From NCBI GenBank assembly GCA_963794325.1, contig CAWCDG010000004.1, positions 1,792,001-1,856,000 of the forward strand: a DNA stretch of 64,000 nucleotides, written 5' to 3'. Positions 39,513 through 48,077 of the stretch are shown piece by piece. Source of the DNA: an uncultured delta proteobacterium. Its GTDB lineage: Bacteria; Desulfobacterota; Binatia; Binatales; Binataceae. Under the pieces are notes generated by a model. It saw nothing but the letters and a program-made list of their open reading frames with translations, was not told the origin of the DNA and did no database searches. The position numbers were made by a program, and so were the translations under genes. Within the stretch, counting starts at the first letter, position 1. Each line of letters begins with the position of its first letter.

Positions 39513-39588
39513 TATTTGCCGCAGACCATGCGGAGAATACTTGGCGTCAGCTCGATAGTAGGCTATAATCTCCGCATAAAGTGCGGAG
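39513..39588 (+). promoter_or_regulatory. Two CCGCA-N5-TGCGG palindromes (putative fic operator) and a TATAAT box
   Basis: Palindromes at 39513-39539 and 39570-39588; TATAAT at 39564-39569. Confidence 0.55.
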
Positions 39589-39589
39589 C

Positions 39590-40714
39590 ATGAGCTCATA
39601 CATATACAATCAGCCGGACTGGCCAAAGCTTCATTGGGACCGAGAGCTTTTGGGCGAACGGCTGGCTGGTGTCCGCTACGAGCAGGGGCGCCTGCTGGGC
39701 CGGATGGAGGGTTTGGGCTTCAACCTTCGCCAAGAGGCTGTTCTCGAGACTCTGACAGAGGATGTACTGAAGACCAGCGAAATCGAAGGGGAGCGCCTCG
39801 ATGCAGAACAGGTCCGTTCCTCGATAGCGAGACGCCTTGGCATGGACATCGGGGGTCTTAAATCCGTCGATCGAAATGTCGAGGGGGTCGTCGAAATGAT
39901 GCTGAACGCTACTCGGAACTACGATGAACCTTTCACTGCGGAGCGACTGTTCGCATGGCACGCGTCACTATTTCCGACCGGCCGGAGTGGTATGAGACGA
40001 ATCACAGTAGGTTCCTGGCGCGATGATGGCGGCGGTCCAATGCAGGTGGTGTCCGGCCCGATCGGTCGGGAGCGCGTCCACTTCGAGGCCCCGGAGGCCG
40101 CAAGGATCGGGCAGCAGATGCAGCTGTTCGTCGACTGGTTCAATAACCAGGCGGAGACCGATTGGGTGGTGAAGGCTGGCCTCGCGCATATTTGGTTTGT
40201 GACCCTTCATCCCTTCGACGATGGCAACGGCCGGATCGCGCGAGCTATTGCCGACCTGGCGCTCGCGCGCTCCGAACATAGTTCTCAACGCTTCTACAGC
40301 ATGTCGTCGCAGATCCAGCAAGAACGTGATGCCTATTACGAGGTCCTGGAACGAACGCAGAAAGCGACTACTGACATCACAATCTGGATGGATTGGTTCT
40401 TCGGCTGTCTGGGCCGCGCTATCGAGGGCGCGCAGGCCACGCTCGGAACCGTACTTTCCAAAGCGCGCTTTTGGGAAACGATCGCGGATTTTCCGCTGAA
40501 CAACCGCCAGCGCCTTGTGCTCAACCTGCTCCTGGATGACTTCGAGGGAAAACTGACTACATCGAAGTGGGCGAAGCTTGCGAAATGCTCCCAAGACACC
40601 GCGCTCCGTGACATCCTACCTCTGGTCGAACGCGGAGTGCTGATCCGAAATCCGGCCGGGGGCCGCAGCGCGAGCTACGCGCTCGCCAAAATTGGAGCGC
40701 ATACGAATGCGTAA
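39590..40714 (+). CDS. Fic family protein (DUF4172 N-terminus, C-terminal HTH)
   Basis: Canonical HPFDDGNGRIAR; SQDTALRDI HTH. Confidence 0.92.
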   Translation: MSSYIYNQPDWPKLHWDRELLGERLAGVRYEQGRLLGRMEGLGFNLRQEAVLETLTEDVLKTSEIEGERLDAEQVRSSIARRLGMDIGGLKSVDRNVEGVVEMMLNATRNYDEPFTAERLFAWHASLFPTGRSGMRRITVGSWRDDGGGPMQVVSGPIGRERVHFEAPEAARIGQQMQLFVDWFNNQAETDWVVKAGLAHIWFVTLHPFDDGNGRIARAIADLALARSEHSSQRFYSMSSQIQQERDAYYEVLERTQKATTDITIWMDWFFGCLGRAIEGAQATLGTVLSKARFWETIADFPLNNRQRLVLNLLLDDFEGKLTTSKWAKLAKCSQDTALRDILPLVERGVLIRNPAGGRSASYALAKIGAHTNA

Positions 40715-41480
40715 GAAACTGATCGCCGGGAACTGGAAGATGCATCTTTTGCCGGTCGGCGCGCGCGCGCTGGTCGAGAGAATCCGGGCCGAGATCGATC
40801 GCGAAGCCGCGACGCTGGCGAAGGATCGCGAGGTGATGGTCGCACCGCCCGCAATTCTCATTCCGGCGGTGGCGCAGGCGCTTGCCGGCTCGTCGATTAT
40901 GCTGGGCGCGCAGAATATGCACTACGAGGATAAAGGCGCCTTCACTGGCGAGGAATCGCCGCCGATGCTCCAGGCGTACGGCGTCACTCACGTAATTCTC
41001 GGCCATTCGGAACGCCGCCACATCTTTCATGAAACCGACGAGCTGATTAACAAAAAGGTGCTCGCCGCGTTGCACCATCGGATGACGCCGATCATGTGCG
41101 TCGGCGAGACCCATCACGAACACGAAAGCGGCCGCGCGCTGGACGTGGTGCTGCGCCAGCTTCAGCGCGGGCTCGAAAACGTCGGCGATGACCATGTGAC
41201 CACTGTGGTGATTGCATACGAGCCGGTGTGGGCGATTGGGACCGGGCGCACCGCGACGCCGGAGCAGGCCGAGGCAATCCATGGCGCGATTCGCGGCGCG
41301 ATACTCGAACGCTACGGCCGCGAGCGTGCCGATGCGGTGCGGATTATCTATGGCGGCAGCGTCAACGACGAGAATGTTGACTCGCTCGTGTCGAAGCCTG
41401 ATATTGACGGGGCTCTGGTCGGCGGGGCAAGCTTGAAGGCTGACTCGTTCGCGCGCATCGTCAGGGCGCGGACGCGATAA
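40707..41480 (+). CDS. tpiA: Triosephosphate isomerase
   Basis: IAGNWKM, GHSERR, AYEPVWAIGTG, YGGSV and LVGGASL. Confidence 0.97.
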   Translation: MRKKLIAGNWKMHLLPVGARALVERIRAEIDREAATLAKDREVMVAPPAILIPAVAQALAGSSIMLGAQNMHYEDKGAFTGEESPPMLQAYGVTHVILGHSERRHIFHETDELINKKVLAALHHRMTPIMCVGETHHEHESGRALDVVLRQLQRGLENVGDDHVTTVVIAYEPVWAIGTGRTATPEQAEAIHGAIRGAILERYGRERADAVRIIYGGSVNDENVDSLVSKPDIDGALVGGASLKADSFARIVRARTR

Positions 41481-41490
41481 AGAAGACAAA

Positions 41491-41871
41491 ATGGTATCAA
41501 TCGTTATTTCAATTCATGTGATCGTCTGCGTCGCGATGTGCGTCATTATTCTGGTGCAGCAGGGCAAGGGCGCCGAGGTCGGCGCCGTGTTCGGCGGCTC
41601 GAGCCAGACCGTGTTCGGCGCGAGCGGCGCGGGCAACGCGCTGACCAAGACGACTTGGGCGCTCGCGATAGTCTTTTTCGCGAGTTCGATTTTCCTGGCG
41701 CTCGCATCGGCGCGGCGCGTGACCGGCAGTATCTTCGAAGGGCGGACGTCGTCTTCAAGCGTGATGCCCGCGTCGAAGCAACTGCCCAAGAGCGCGAATC
41801 CCGTGCCACCAGCAGCAGCGCCGGCCGGTCATAATCCCGCGGGCGCAGTGACGCCGGGGTCAACCAACTAA
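41491..41871 (+). CDS. secG: Preprotein translocase subunit SecG
   Basis: ILVQQGKGA...FGG...LTKTT; conserved tpiA-secG-tRNA-Leu order. Confidence 0.93.
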   Translation: MVSIVISIHVIVCVAMCVIILVQQGKGAEVGAVFGGSSQTVFGASGAGNALTKTTWALAIVFFASSIFLALASARRVTGSIFEGRTSSSSVMPASKQLPKSANPVPPAAAPAGHNPAGAVTPGSTN

Positions 41872-41939
41872 TCGCAGAATTTCCCTGCTGCGCCGGAGCG
41901 CCAAGACCCTCAAAAGTGGCTCCGGCCGGCATGCACGAT

Positions 41940-42025
41940 GCGCGGGTGGTGGAATGGCAGACACGCCAGTTTGAGGGGCTGGTGGTAGCAATACCGTGCG
42001 GGTTCAAGTCCCGCTCCGCGCACCA
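41940..42025 (+). tRNA. tRNA-Leu(GAG)
   Basis: Acceptor stem GCGCGGG/TCCGCGC, D-loop GGAATGGCAGAC, anticodon loop TTGAGGG, long variable arm, GGTTCAAGTCC and encoded CCA. Confidence 0.95.
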
Positions 42026-42042
42026 CAGAACACTGAATACAT

Positions 42043-42236
42043 TTAATTGAATGTGAAACCCTTCGCGGGTTTCACGCTTCCGCGGCAGGGGTGACCCCTG
42101 CACCCAGTATTAATCGCAAAACGGCGAGGACGCCATTTTGCACTCAGGTTCCTGATTTTGGTGGCACAGGCTTTATCCTGTGATTATTTCCTGGATTTGC
42201 ATGGACCAGAAAATCACAGGCTAAAGCCTGTGCCAC
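42043..42236 (+). repeat. Multi-hairpin element, copy 4 (tail B), plus inverted GTGG REP pair
   Basis: About 190 bp near-identical to 47731-47923; REPs at 42161-42182 and 42215-42236. Confidence 0.88.
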
Positions 42237-42237
42237 G

Positions 42238-43218
42238 TCAGAAAGACAGCGTTGCTTGTCTCGGCGGCTGCGGCGCGACCGGCGGTGGCGCCATGTAGCG
42301 ATCGTGGATTGGGAAGCCGTAACGTTCGCGGATGCGGTTGAAAATTATCCGCATGCGGTCGTCGTAGGCTTGCGGGGCATACTCGGCGCGTCCGTAGAAC
42401 ATGTCGATACGCTCGGCCAGGTGCGGGAAGCGATCCTTCACAAATGGGATGAAGCGGCGCGCGGCGGCCGGTTTCAGAAAGAGCGAACGCCACCATACGC
42501 CGGACGCATTTGCGCGACGCGCGGCGCGAATCACGTTCTCGATTGCGGCGGGGTCGTCGGTGAGGCCCGGGATCATCGGCATCATCAGGACGTTGCATCG
42601 GATTCCAGCGCCAGCCAGCTCGAACAGGGCGCGCAATCGCAGGCCTGGCCGCGGCGCGCGCGGCTCCAGAATTCGCTGCAGTTTTCGATCGAGGGTGATC
42701 AGCGAGAAGTTCACCGACAGCTTCGAGCGACGGTTGATCTTCCGCAGCAGCTCGAGGTCGCGGACGATCAAGCTCGACTTGGTCGTGATCGAAAGATCCA
42801 ATCCCTGGAGCTGGGCGAAAATTTCGAGCATCGAGCGCGTCAGCCCGTATTTCCTCTCGGCCGGTTGATAGGGATCGGTCGCGGTGCCGATTGCGATCGC
42901 GTCGGTGCCGATCGGGGTGCGCGAGAGCGTGCGCGACAAAACCTCGGCGGCCATCCGCTTGACGAAAATTTTGCGCTCGAAGTCCATCGGATCGCGCAGC
43001 TCGAGAAAGTCGTGCGTGTAGCGCGCGTAGCAATACACGCATCCGAACTCGCATCCGCGATACGGGTTGATTGTCCATCGAAACGGCATGCGCGGACTGT
43101 CGCATCGGTTGAGAATCTGGCGCACCGGCATCTCGATAAACTCGACGCCGCGCGTGGCGTCGAGGTCGTCGGGAGGCAGCGAAAGCGAATAGAGGGGCAG
43201 TGTGGCGGCGGTGTTCAT
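42238..43218 (-). CDS. Radical SAM protein, SPL-like (Rv2578c/PA0069 family)
   Basis: INPYRGCEFGCVYCYAR, GTATDPYQPAE, ITTKS and PGLTD. Confidence 0.88.
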   Translation of the reverse strand: MNTAATLPLYSLSLPPDDLDATRGVEFIEMPVRQILNRCDSPRMPFRWTINPYRGCEFGCVYCYARYTHDFLELRDPMDFERKIFVKRMAAEVLSRTLSRTPIGTDAIAIGTATDPYQPAERKYGLTRSMLEIFAQLQGLDLSITTKSSLIVRDLELLRKINRRSKLSVNFSLITLDRKLQRILEPRAPRPGLRLRALFELAGAGIRCNVLMMPMIPGLTDDPAAIENVIRAARRANASGVWWRSLFLKPAAARRFIPFVKDRFPHLAERIDMFYGRAEYAPQAYDDRMRIIFNRIRERYGFPIHDRYMAPPPVAPQPPRQATLSF

Positions 43219-43232
43219 CTGACGGCACAGCT

Positions 43233-43261
43233 ATTTTCGTTTTTTCTTCGCTATGAGTCAA
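43233..43261 (-). promoter_or_regulatory. Promoter of the radical SAM gene with candidate SOS box
   Basis: Minus strand TTGACT-17 nt-GAAAAT; plus strand TTCGTT-N5-TTCGCT at 43236-43252. Confidence 0.5.
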
Positions 43262-43302
43262 GGCTCATAACCGCCTGAAATTTAATTGGATTTAGATATT
43301 CT

Positions 43303-44154
43303 TTAGGGGGCGGGGGGCGGGAATTGGGTGCGGAGGAAACTGTCGAAGGCGCGGTCGGGGAGGACTCGGCGCAGGCCCATCAGGACGCGCGCGGCGAGAG
43401 TTACTTTGTAGCGTGTTTTCGGATTCTTGGCGGAGATCGCTTTTTCGATTACTTCGGCGACGGCTTCAGGTGGTGCGGCGAAGCGGGCCATCGGGCCGCC
43501 TTCGTATGCTTCGCGGATTTGCTTTTCCAACACGACGTTGAAGGCTGCGTAGGGCGAGTCCTTGGGCATCGCGATGTTGCCGACGGCGGTGTCGCCGAAG
43601 CGGGTTTTGATTGGGCCGGGCTGGATGACGATGACGTCGATGCCGAAGCCTTTCACCTCGAACCGCAGCGCATCGCTCAGTGATTCGACGGCGTGCTTGG
43701 TTGCATGATAGTAAGCGCCGCCGGGGAAAGTGAGCTTGCCACCCATCGAGCTAAGATTGACGATGCGGCCCCATCGCTGTCGGCGCATCGCGGGCAGCAC
43801 CAGCTTGGTCATCGCGATCAAGCCGAACACATTGGTCTCGAACTGGCGTCGGATGTCGGTCATCGGCACTTCTTCGAACGCGCCTTCGAGGCCGTAGCCG
43901 GCGTTGTTGATGAGCACGCCGACGCTGCCCTCGGCACGCTCGACGGTTTCGACCGCGGTGCGCATCGAGGCGTCGTCGCATACGTCGAGCGCGAGCGTTT
44001 TGCATCCGCGCGTGGCGAGATCGGCGATCGATTCGGGCTTGCGCGCGGTGGCGTACACGTTCCATCCGCGCGACGCGAGATGTTCGGCGGTGGCGCGGCC
44101 GATACCAGTCGAGCATCCGGTGATTAGGACTGCTTTCGAGATCGGTTGTGGCAT
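43303..44154 (-). CDS. Short-chain dehydrogenase/reductase
   Basis: TGCSTGIG, NNAG and YHATK. Confidence 0.92.
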   Translation of the reverse strand: MPQPISKAVLITGCSTGIGRATAEHLASRGWNVYATARKPESIADLATRGCKTLALDVCDDASMRTAVETVERAEGSVGVLINNAGYGLEGAFEEVPMTDIRRQFETNVFGLIAMTKLVLPAMRRQRWGRIVNLSSMGGKLTFPGGAYYHATKHAVESLSDALRFEVKGFGIDVIVIQPGPIKTRFGDTAVGNIAMPKDSPYAAFNVVLEKQIREAYEGGPMARFAAPPEAVAEVIEKAISAKNPKTRYKVTLAARVLMGLRRVLPDRAFDSFLRTQFPPPAP

Positions 44155-44373
44155 TCGTGCGCTCCGGGCTTATTCAGCAGGATTGCGGCATCACAAGCTG
44201 CCAGATAGTAGTCGGATAACGCGGCGCGTGGTACTGGATGCACACCTGCCCAGAGACAGAAGCGGAATCTTGAATCGCGCGCGAAAAGCGCGCTGAATAA
44301 GGGTCCCTCTCCTTAAATCCTCTCCCGACGGGTGAGGGGAAGAACGGCGCGCGAAATATCCGGAGGAATCGCG

Positions 44374-45183
44374 ATGGCTGACAATGGGCGCGGGTATCGG
44401 CAGAAATATGGTGAGTGGGCGCTGGTGACGGGAGCGTCGGCGGGGATTGGGCTTGAGTTTGCGCGGGCGCTGGCGCGCGAGGGCATGTCGATCGTGCTGA
44501 CGGCGCGGCGCGAGGATCGGCTGAATACGCTCGCCGCGGAGCTCAAGGAGAAGCATCATATTGATACGCGCGTGGTGGCGGTCGATCTCGCGGCGGCAGA
44601 CGGTGCGGATCGGCTGGCGGATGCGGTTGCGGATTTGCCGATTGCGATTCTCGTCAACAATGCGGGCTTCGGCTATGCGGGGCGCTTCGACAAGCTCGCG
44701 ACCGACCGGCTGCGCTCGATGGTAGTCGTCAACTGCGTCGTGCCGGTGGTGCTGACCAGCAGAATCATTCCCGGCATGGTCAAGCGCGGGCGCGGTGCGG
44801 TGATAATCGTGGGATCGGTGGCGGGACGGCAGCCGCTGCCGCTGCATGCGGTTTACAGCGCGACCAAGGGATTCGATCTGCTGTTCGGCGAGGGCTTGTG
44901 GGGCGAGCTGCGCGGGACGGGTATCGACGCGCTGGTGATCGAGCCGGGCCCGACCAAGACTGAGTTTCAATCCGTCGCGGGCGAGTCTGTCGGTGAGGAT
45001 CACGGCGAGCCGGCGGAGAATGTGGTGCGGGTCGCACTCGACGCACTGGGCAAGCATCCGAGCGTTATCTCGGGATGGTTCAACTGGGTGCGTGCCAATG
45101 CGATCCGGATCGTGCCGCGATCGACGGCGGCGATAATCGCGAAGAAGGTGGTCGAAGGATCGACGCCGGTGGAGCTGCGATAG
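44374..45183 (+). CDS. Short-chain dehydrogenase/reductase
   Basis: TGASAGIG, NNAG and YSATK. Confidence 0.92.
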   Translation: MADNGRGYRQKYGEWALVTGASAGIGLEFARALAREGMSIVLTARREDRLNTLAAELKEKHHIDTRVVAVDLAAADGADRLADAVADLPIAILVNNAGFGYAGRFDKLATDRLRSMVVVNCVVPVVLTSRIIPGMVKRGRGAVIIVGSVAGRQPLPLHAVYSATKGFDLLFGEGLWGELRGTGIDALVIEPGPTKTEFQSVAGESVGEDHGEPAENVVRVALDALGKHPSVISGWFNWVRANAIRIVPRSTAAIIAKKVVEGSTPVELR

Positions 45184-45263
45184 ATTTGCGGTCCGGCTTG
45201 AGTCTGGCGGAGCACATACTTATGCTCCGGACGAAGTCGCTTTGAGTTGTCGGAAGTAATTCA

Positions 45264-46115
45264 ATGGCGCGTTCACAGGTAAAAAGTTTTCGCACTCCGG
45301 ACCAGGTGCGGAAATTTCCGAATGGCCAGATAGAGAACGTGTCCCATGGCGAGACGACCATCGGGCGCTTTGTGCTTCAACCGGGATGGCGATGGTCGCG
45401 CGATGTTCAGCCTATCGCGGGCACGCGCTGGTGCCAGAATCATCATCTAGGCGTCGTGCTTCGAGGACGGCTGCGTGTCGAGAGCGATACGGGCGAGGTG
45501 TCCGAGTTCGACGTCGATGACGTCTATGACATTCCTCCGGGTCATGACGCGACGGTGCCGGGTGACGAGCCGTTCGAGGCGATTGAGTTCGCGAGCGCCC
45601 GGGTCTATGCGGCGCCGGCCGACGGAGATCGCATGCTCGCAGCGATGCTGTGCACCGATATCGTCGAGTCGACCGAGCATCTGCGGAGGCTCGGCGATTC
45701 AGCGTGGCGCGAGCTGCTTCTCGAGCATAACAATCAGACGCGGCAGGAGCTGAATCGTTTTCGCGGGCGCGAGATTCAGACGACCGGCGATGGATTCCTT
45801 GCCGTGTTCGACGGTCCCGCGCGGGCGGTTCGATGCGCGCGGTCGATTGGCCGCGCGGTCCAGCGCCTCGGTATTACGATTCGCGCGGGGGTTCACACCG
45901 GCGAGGTGGAATTCGTAGGCGACAATGTAAGAGGCCTGGCGGTTCATGAAACCGCGCGTGTCGCCGGGGCGGCGGGCGCAGGCGAAGTGCTCGTTTCGGC
46001 GACCACGATGCATTTGCTGGAAGGTTCGGGGATCGCGCTTGAGTCGGCGGGAGTGCATGAACTCAAGGGGCTTGGTGAGGCGCGGGAGCTGTTCAGGATT
46101 GTGGGCTCTGAGTGA
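45264..46115 (+). CDS. Cupin plus class III adenylate/guanylate cyclase fusion
   Basis: PGWRWS..CQNHHLG..IPPGHDA cupin; TDIVEST, TGDG and GLAVHETARV cyclase. Confidence 0.85.
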   Translation: MARSQVKSFRTPDQVRKFPNGQIENVSHGETTIGRFVLQPGWRWSRDVQPIAGTRWCQNHHLGVVLRGRLRVESDTGEVSEFDVDDVYDIPPGHDATVPGDEPFEAIEFASARVYAAPADGDRMLAAMLCTDIVESTEHLRRLGDSAWRELLLEHNNQTRQELNRFRGREIQTTGDGFLAVFDGPARAVRCARSIGRAVQRLGITIRAGVHTGEVEFVGDNVRGLAVHETARVAGAAGAGEVLVSATTMHLLEGSGIALESAGVHELKGLGEARELFRIVGSE

Positions 46116-46161
46116 AGGGGGAACGTTAAGCTCACTCGAAGTTTGCGGTCGATGCGAGCAA

Positions 46162-46200
46162 CCTAACCCCTAACCCCTTCCCATAGTGGGAAGGGGAACC
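46162..46200. repeat. CCCT-type REP-like hairpin
   Basis: CCCCTTCCCA-TAG-TGGGAAGGGG stem; related copies at 9037, 44304, 52355 and 52460. Confidence 0.6.
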
Positions 46201-46209
46201 GGAAGCGCG

Positions 46210-46606
46210 TTATCGTTCGGTGGCGCGGCGGTGCGGGCGGGGGCGTTTTTGGCCGGGGCGGTATTGCTCGTCGTGCGGATCGAAGATGCCGAGGCGCTTT
46301 AATCGAATCACGCACATCACGTGGAATGCGATGAGCGCGATTGCAGACGATACACAGTTGAGTCTGACAAGTCTTTGAAGCTCGCCGGGCAGGCGGTCTG
46401 CGAAGATGAAGATAGCGAGCAGGACCCATTCGCTCGACTAATACCAGGAAGACGAGGCGCTCGGTGTCGACGTGGCTCGGCAGGCGTGCCGAGGCTTTGG
46501 GATCTGAAATGCGGACGGTGCGGTGCTCGATTCTGGCGAAGATGATCCGGGCGAGCACGACGCCGAATCCCAGCGCGCCGAGTCCGAGTGCGTCGAAGAT
46601 AGTCAA
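46210..46606 (-). pseudogene. Small 3-TM membrane protein with apparent +1 frameshift near 46430-46440
   Basis: GGAG RBS plus TTG start. The hydrophobic helix LVFLVLV continues as EWVLLAIFIFA in the +1 frame, which ends at TAA 46210. Confidence 0.4.
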
Positions 46607-46631
46607 GTTGCTCCGGCGGCCGGTAGTTGGC

Positions 46632-47642
46632 TTACGGAATTATCGCGAGGTCGTAAGCCGCTGGCAGCTTTTCAGCGATTGTCGCGAGTGACGACCCGTC
46701 GGCAGTAGCGCGCATCACGGTGCCGTCGTTGGACACTGCGAAGAAGGCGGTTCCGTTGTTGTCAGGATCGGCTTTCAATCGCATCAGCATCCCGCGCCCG
46801 AAATTCTGTTCCGCGGAAATCGGCGTGAAACTCTGGCCGCGATCGGCGCTGCGGAAGAGCATCGCGTCCGGCCCCGTCGGTCCCACGCGCCAGCTTGGCG
46901 GCGGGCCCATCGCAGCCGCCGTGAAGATGTCGTCGCGATCGGGCGGGCTTACCAGCAGCGGGATGGTGTAGCTGCGGTTGAATCCGCGCCTCACCTGCTC
47001 CCATGATTTGCCGGCGTTTTGCGACAAGTAGAAGCCGTCGCCAGTGGTCGCATAGAGGCGGCGCGAGTCGCGCGAATCCACCGCGACGGTGTGAATGTCC
47101 TCGTACAGGCCGTCGTTGAGCGTCTCGAAAGTCGCGCCCTCGTTGCGCGAGCGGAAGATGCCGCCTTCCTCGACACCGACGTACATCGTGGACGGCTCAT
47201 GCGGGTCGAACGCGATCGAGCGCACGTGCGGGATGTGTGGCGGCGGCGGAAACGTCCATCGGTCGCGCCCGGGGATTCTCAGGAAGCCGTCGGACTCCTT
47301 GAAGATGCGTCCGCGATCGTCGCTGCGGAACAATCGCGCGTGCGAAGTGCCGATGAATACCCGGTCCTTCACCGCGGGCGAGGCAGCTACCGACCAGACT
47401 TCTTCTTCGCGGGCGAGCGGAGGAGTGACGTCGGTCCACGTGCGGCCGCCGTCGGTCGAGCGGGCGAGTGTGCCCTTGCCGCGGATTTGCTCAGTTGACC
47501 CAGCATAGATGAGATTGGGATCGGCACAATCCTGCGACATGCACCAGACGGCCGACGGGTCAGCAAGCACCATCAGAGGAGCCCCGCTGCGCGAAGGATC
47601 CAGAATCACAATCCCTTTTGCCGTCCCGATGCAAAGTCGCAT
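46632..47642 (-). CDS. BNR/Asp-box beta-propeller protein
   Basis: Repeated SxDxGxTW/F motifs (STDGGRTW, SDDRGRIF, SADRGQSF). Confidence 0.85.
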   Translation of the reverse strand: MRLCIGTAKGIVILDPSRSGAPLMVLADPSAVWCMSQDCADPNLIYAGSTEQIRGKGTLARSTDGGRTWTDVTPPLAREEEVWSVAASPAVKDRVFIGTSHARLFRSDDRGRIFKESDGFLRIPGRDRWTFPPPPHIPHVRSIAFDPHEPSTMYVGVEEGGIFRSRNEGATFETLNDGLYEDIHTVAVDSRDSRRLYATTGDGFYLSQNAGKSWEQVRRGFNRSYTIPLLVSPPDRDDIFTAAAMGPPPSWRVGPTGPDAMLFRSADRGQSFTPISAEQNFGRGMLMRLKADPDNNGTAFFAVSNDGTVMRATADGSSLATIAEKLPAAYDLAIIP

Positions 47643-47730
47643 CCAGGTCACACCTCTTCGAACCGCGACGGATCGTAGCGCAAAGGATTGGAGCAGAACA
47701 GCGGGGAGAGAAAGAAAGGAACTCGAGAAC

Positions 47731-47923
47731 TTGATTAAATGTGAACCCTCCGCGGGTTTCACGCTTCCGCGGCAGGGGTGACCCCTGCACCCATTGGGAA
47801 TCGCGAAATGTTGAGGACAACCTTTCGCTCTCAGGTTTTTGATTTTCGTGGCACAGGCTTTAGCCTGTGATTCTTTCCTGGATTTGCCTGGACCAGAAAA
47901 TCACAGGCTAAAGCCTGTGCCAC
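47731..47923 (+). repeat. Multi-hairpin element, copy 5 (tail B), plus inverted GTGG REP pair
   Basis: Matches 42043-42236; GTGGCACAGGCTTTAGCCTGTG at 47848 and its inverse ending at 47923. Confidence 0.88.
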
Positions 47924-47931
47924 CAATGCCA

Positions 47932-48057
47932 GCGGCCGGCGGGCGCAGCCGCCGGTAGGTGAGGGTGCTGGGCCACATCACAAAAGCTCGCGCGCTCGCT
48001 TTTTTGTGTAGTGTCATCCTTGTGTCATTCTAGAGCGAAGCGAAGAATCCCGGATCC
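47932..48057 (+). repeat. GCGGCCGGCGGGCG..TAGGTGAGG module plus TGTC-type REP
   Basis: Same two-part arrangement at 60262-60391. Confidence 0.75.
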
Positions 48058-48077
48058 TTTTCTGGCCGCTCTTGTCG

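Noticed and set aside
46162-46177. Telomere-like CCTAACCCCTAACCCC / GGGTTAGGG (52378)
   Set aside because: Part of the CCCT-type REP-like hairpins, only 1-2 units.
25017-47837. CRISPR array (GTGAAAC/GTTTCAC resembles repeat ends)
   Set aside because: Copies are dispersed by kilobases, there are no regular spacers and no cas genes.
47800-47837. Glycine riboswitch (CTCTCAGG)
   Set aside because: The GGAGA and CCGAAG core elements are missing; the segment is part of the dispersed repeat.
42026-48000. Genomic island integrated at tRNA-Leu
   Set aside because: No integrase and no duplicated tRNA 3' end seen.
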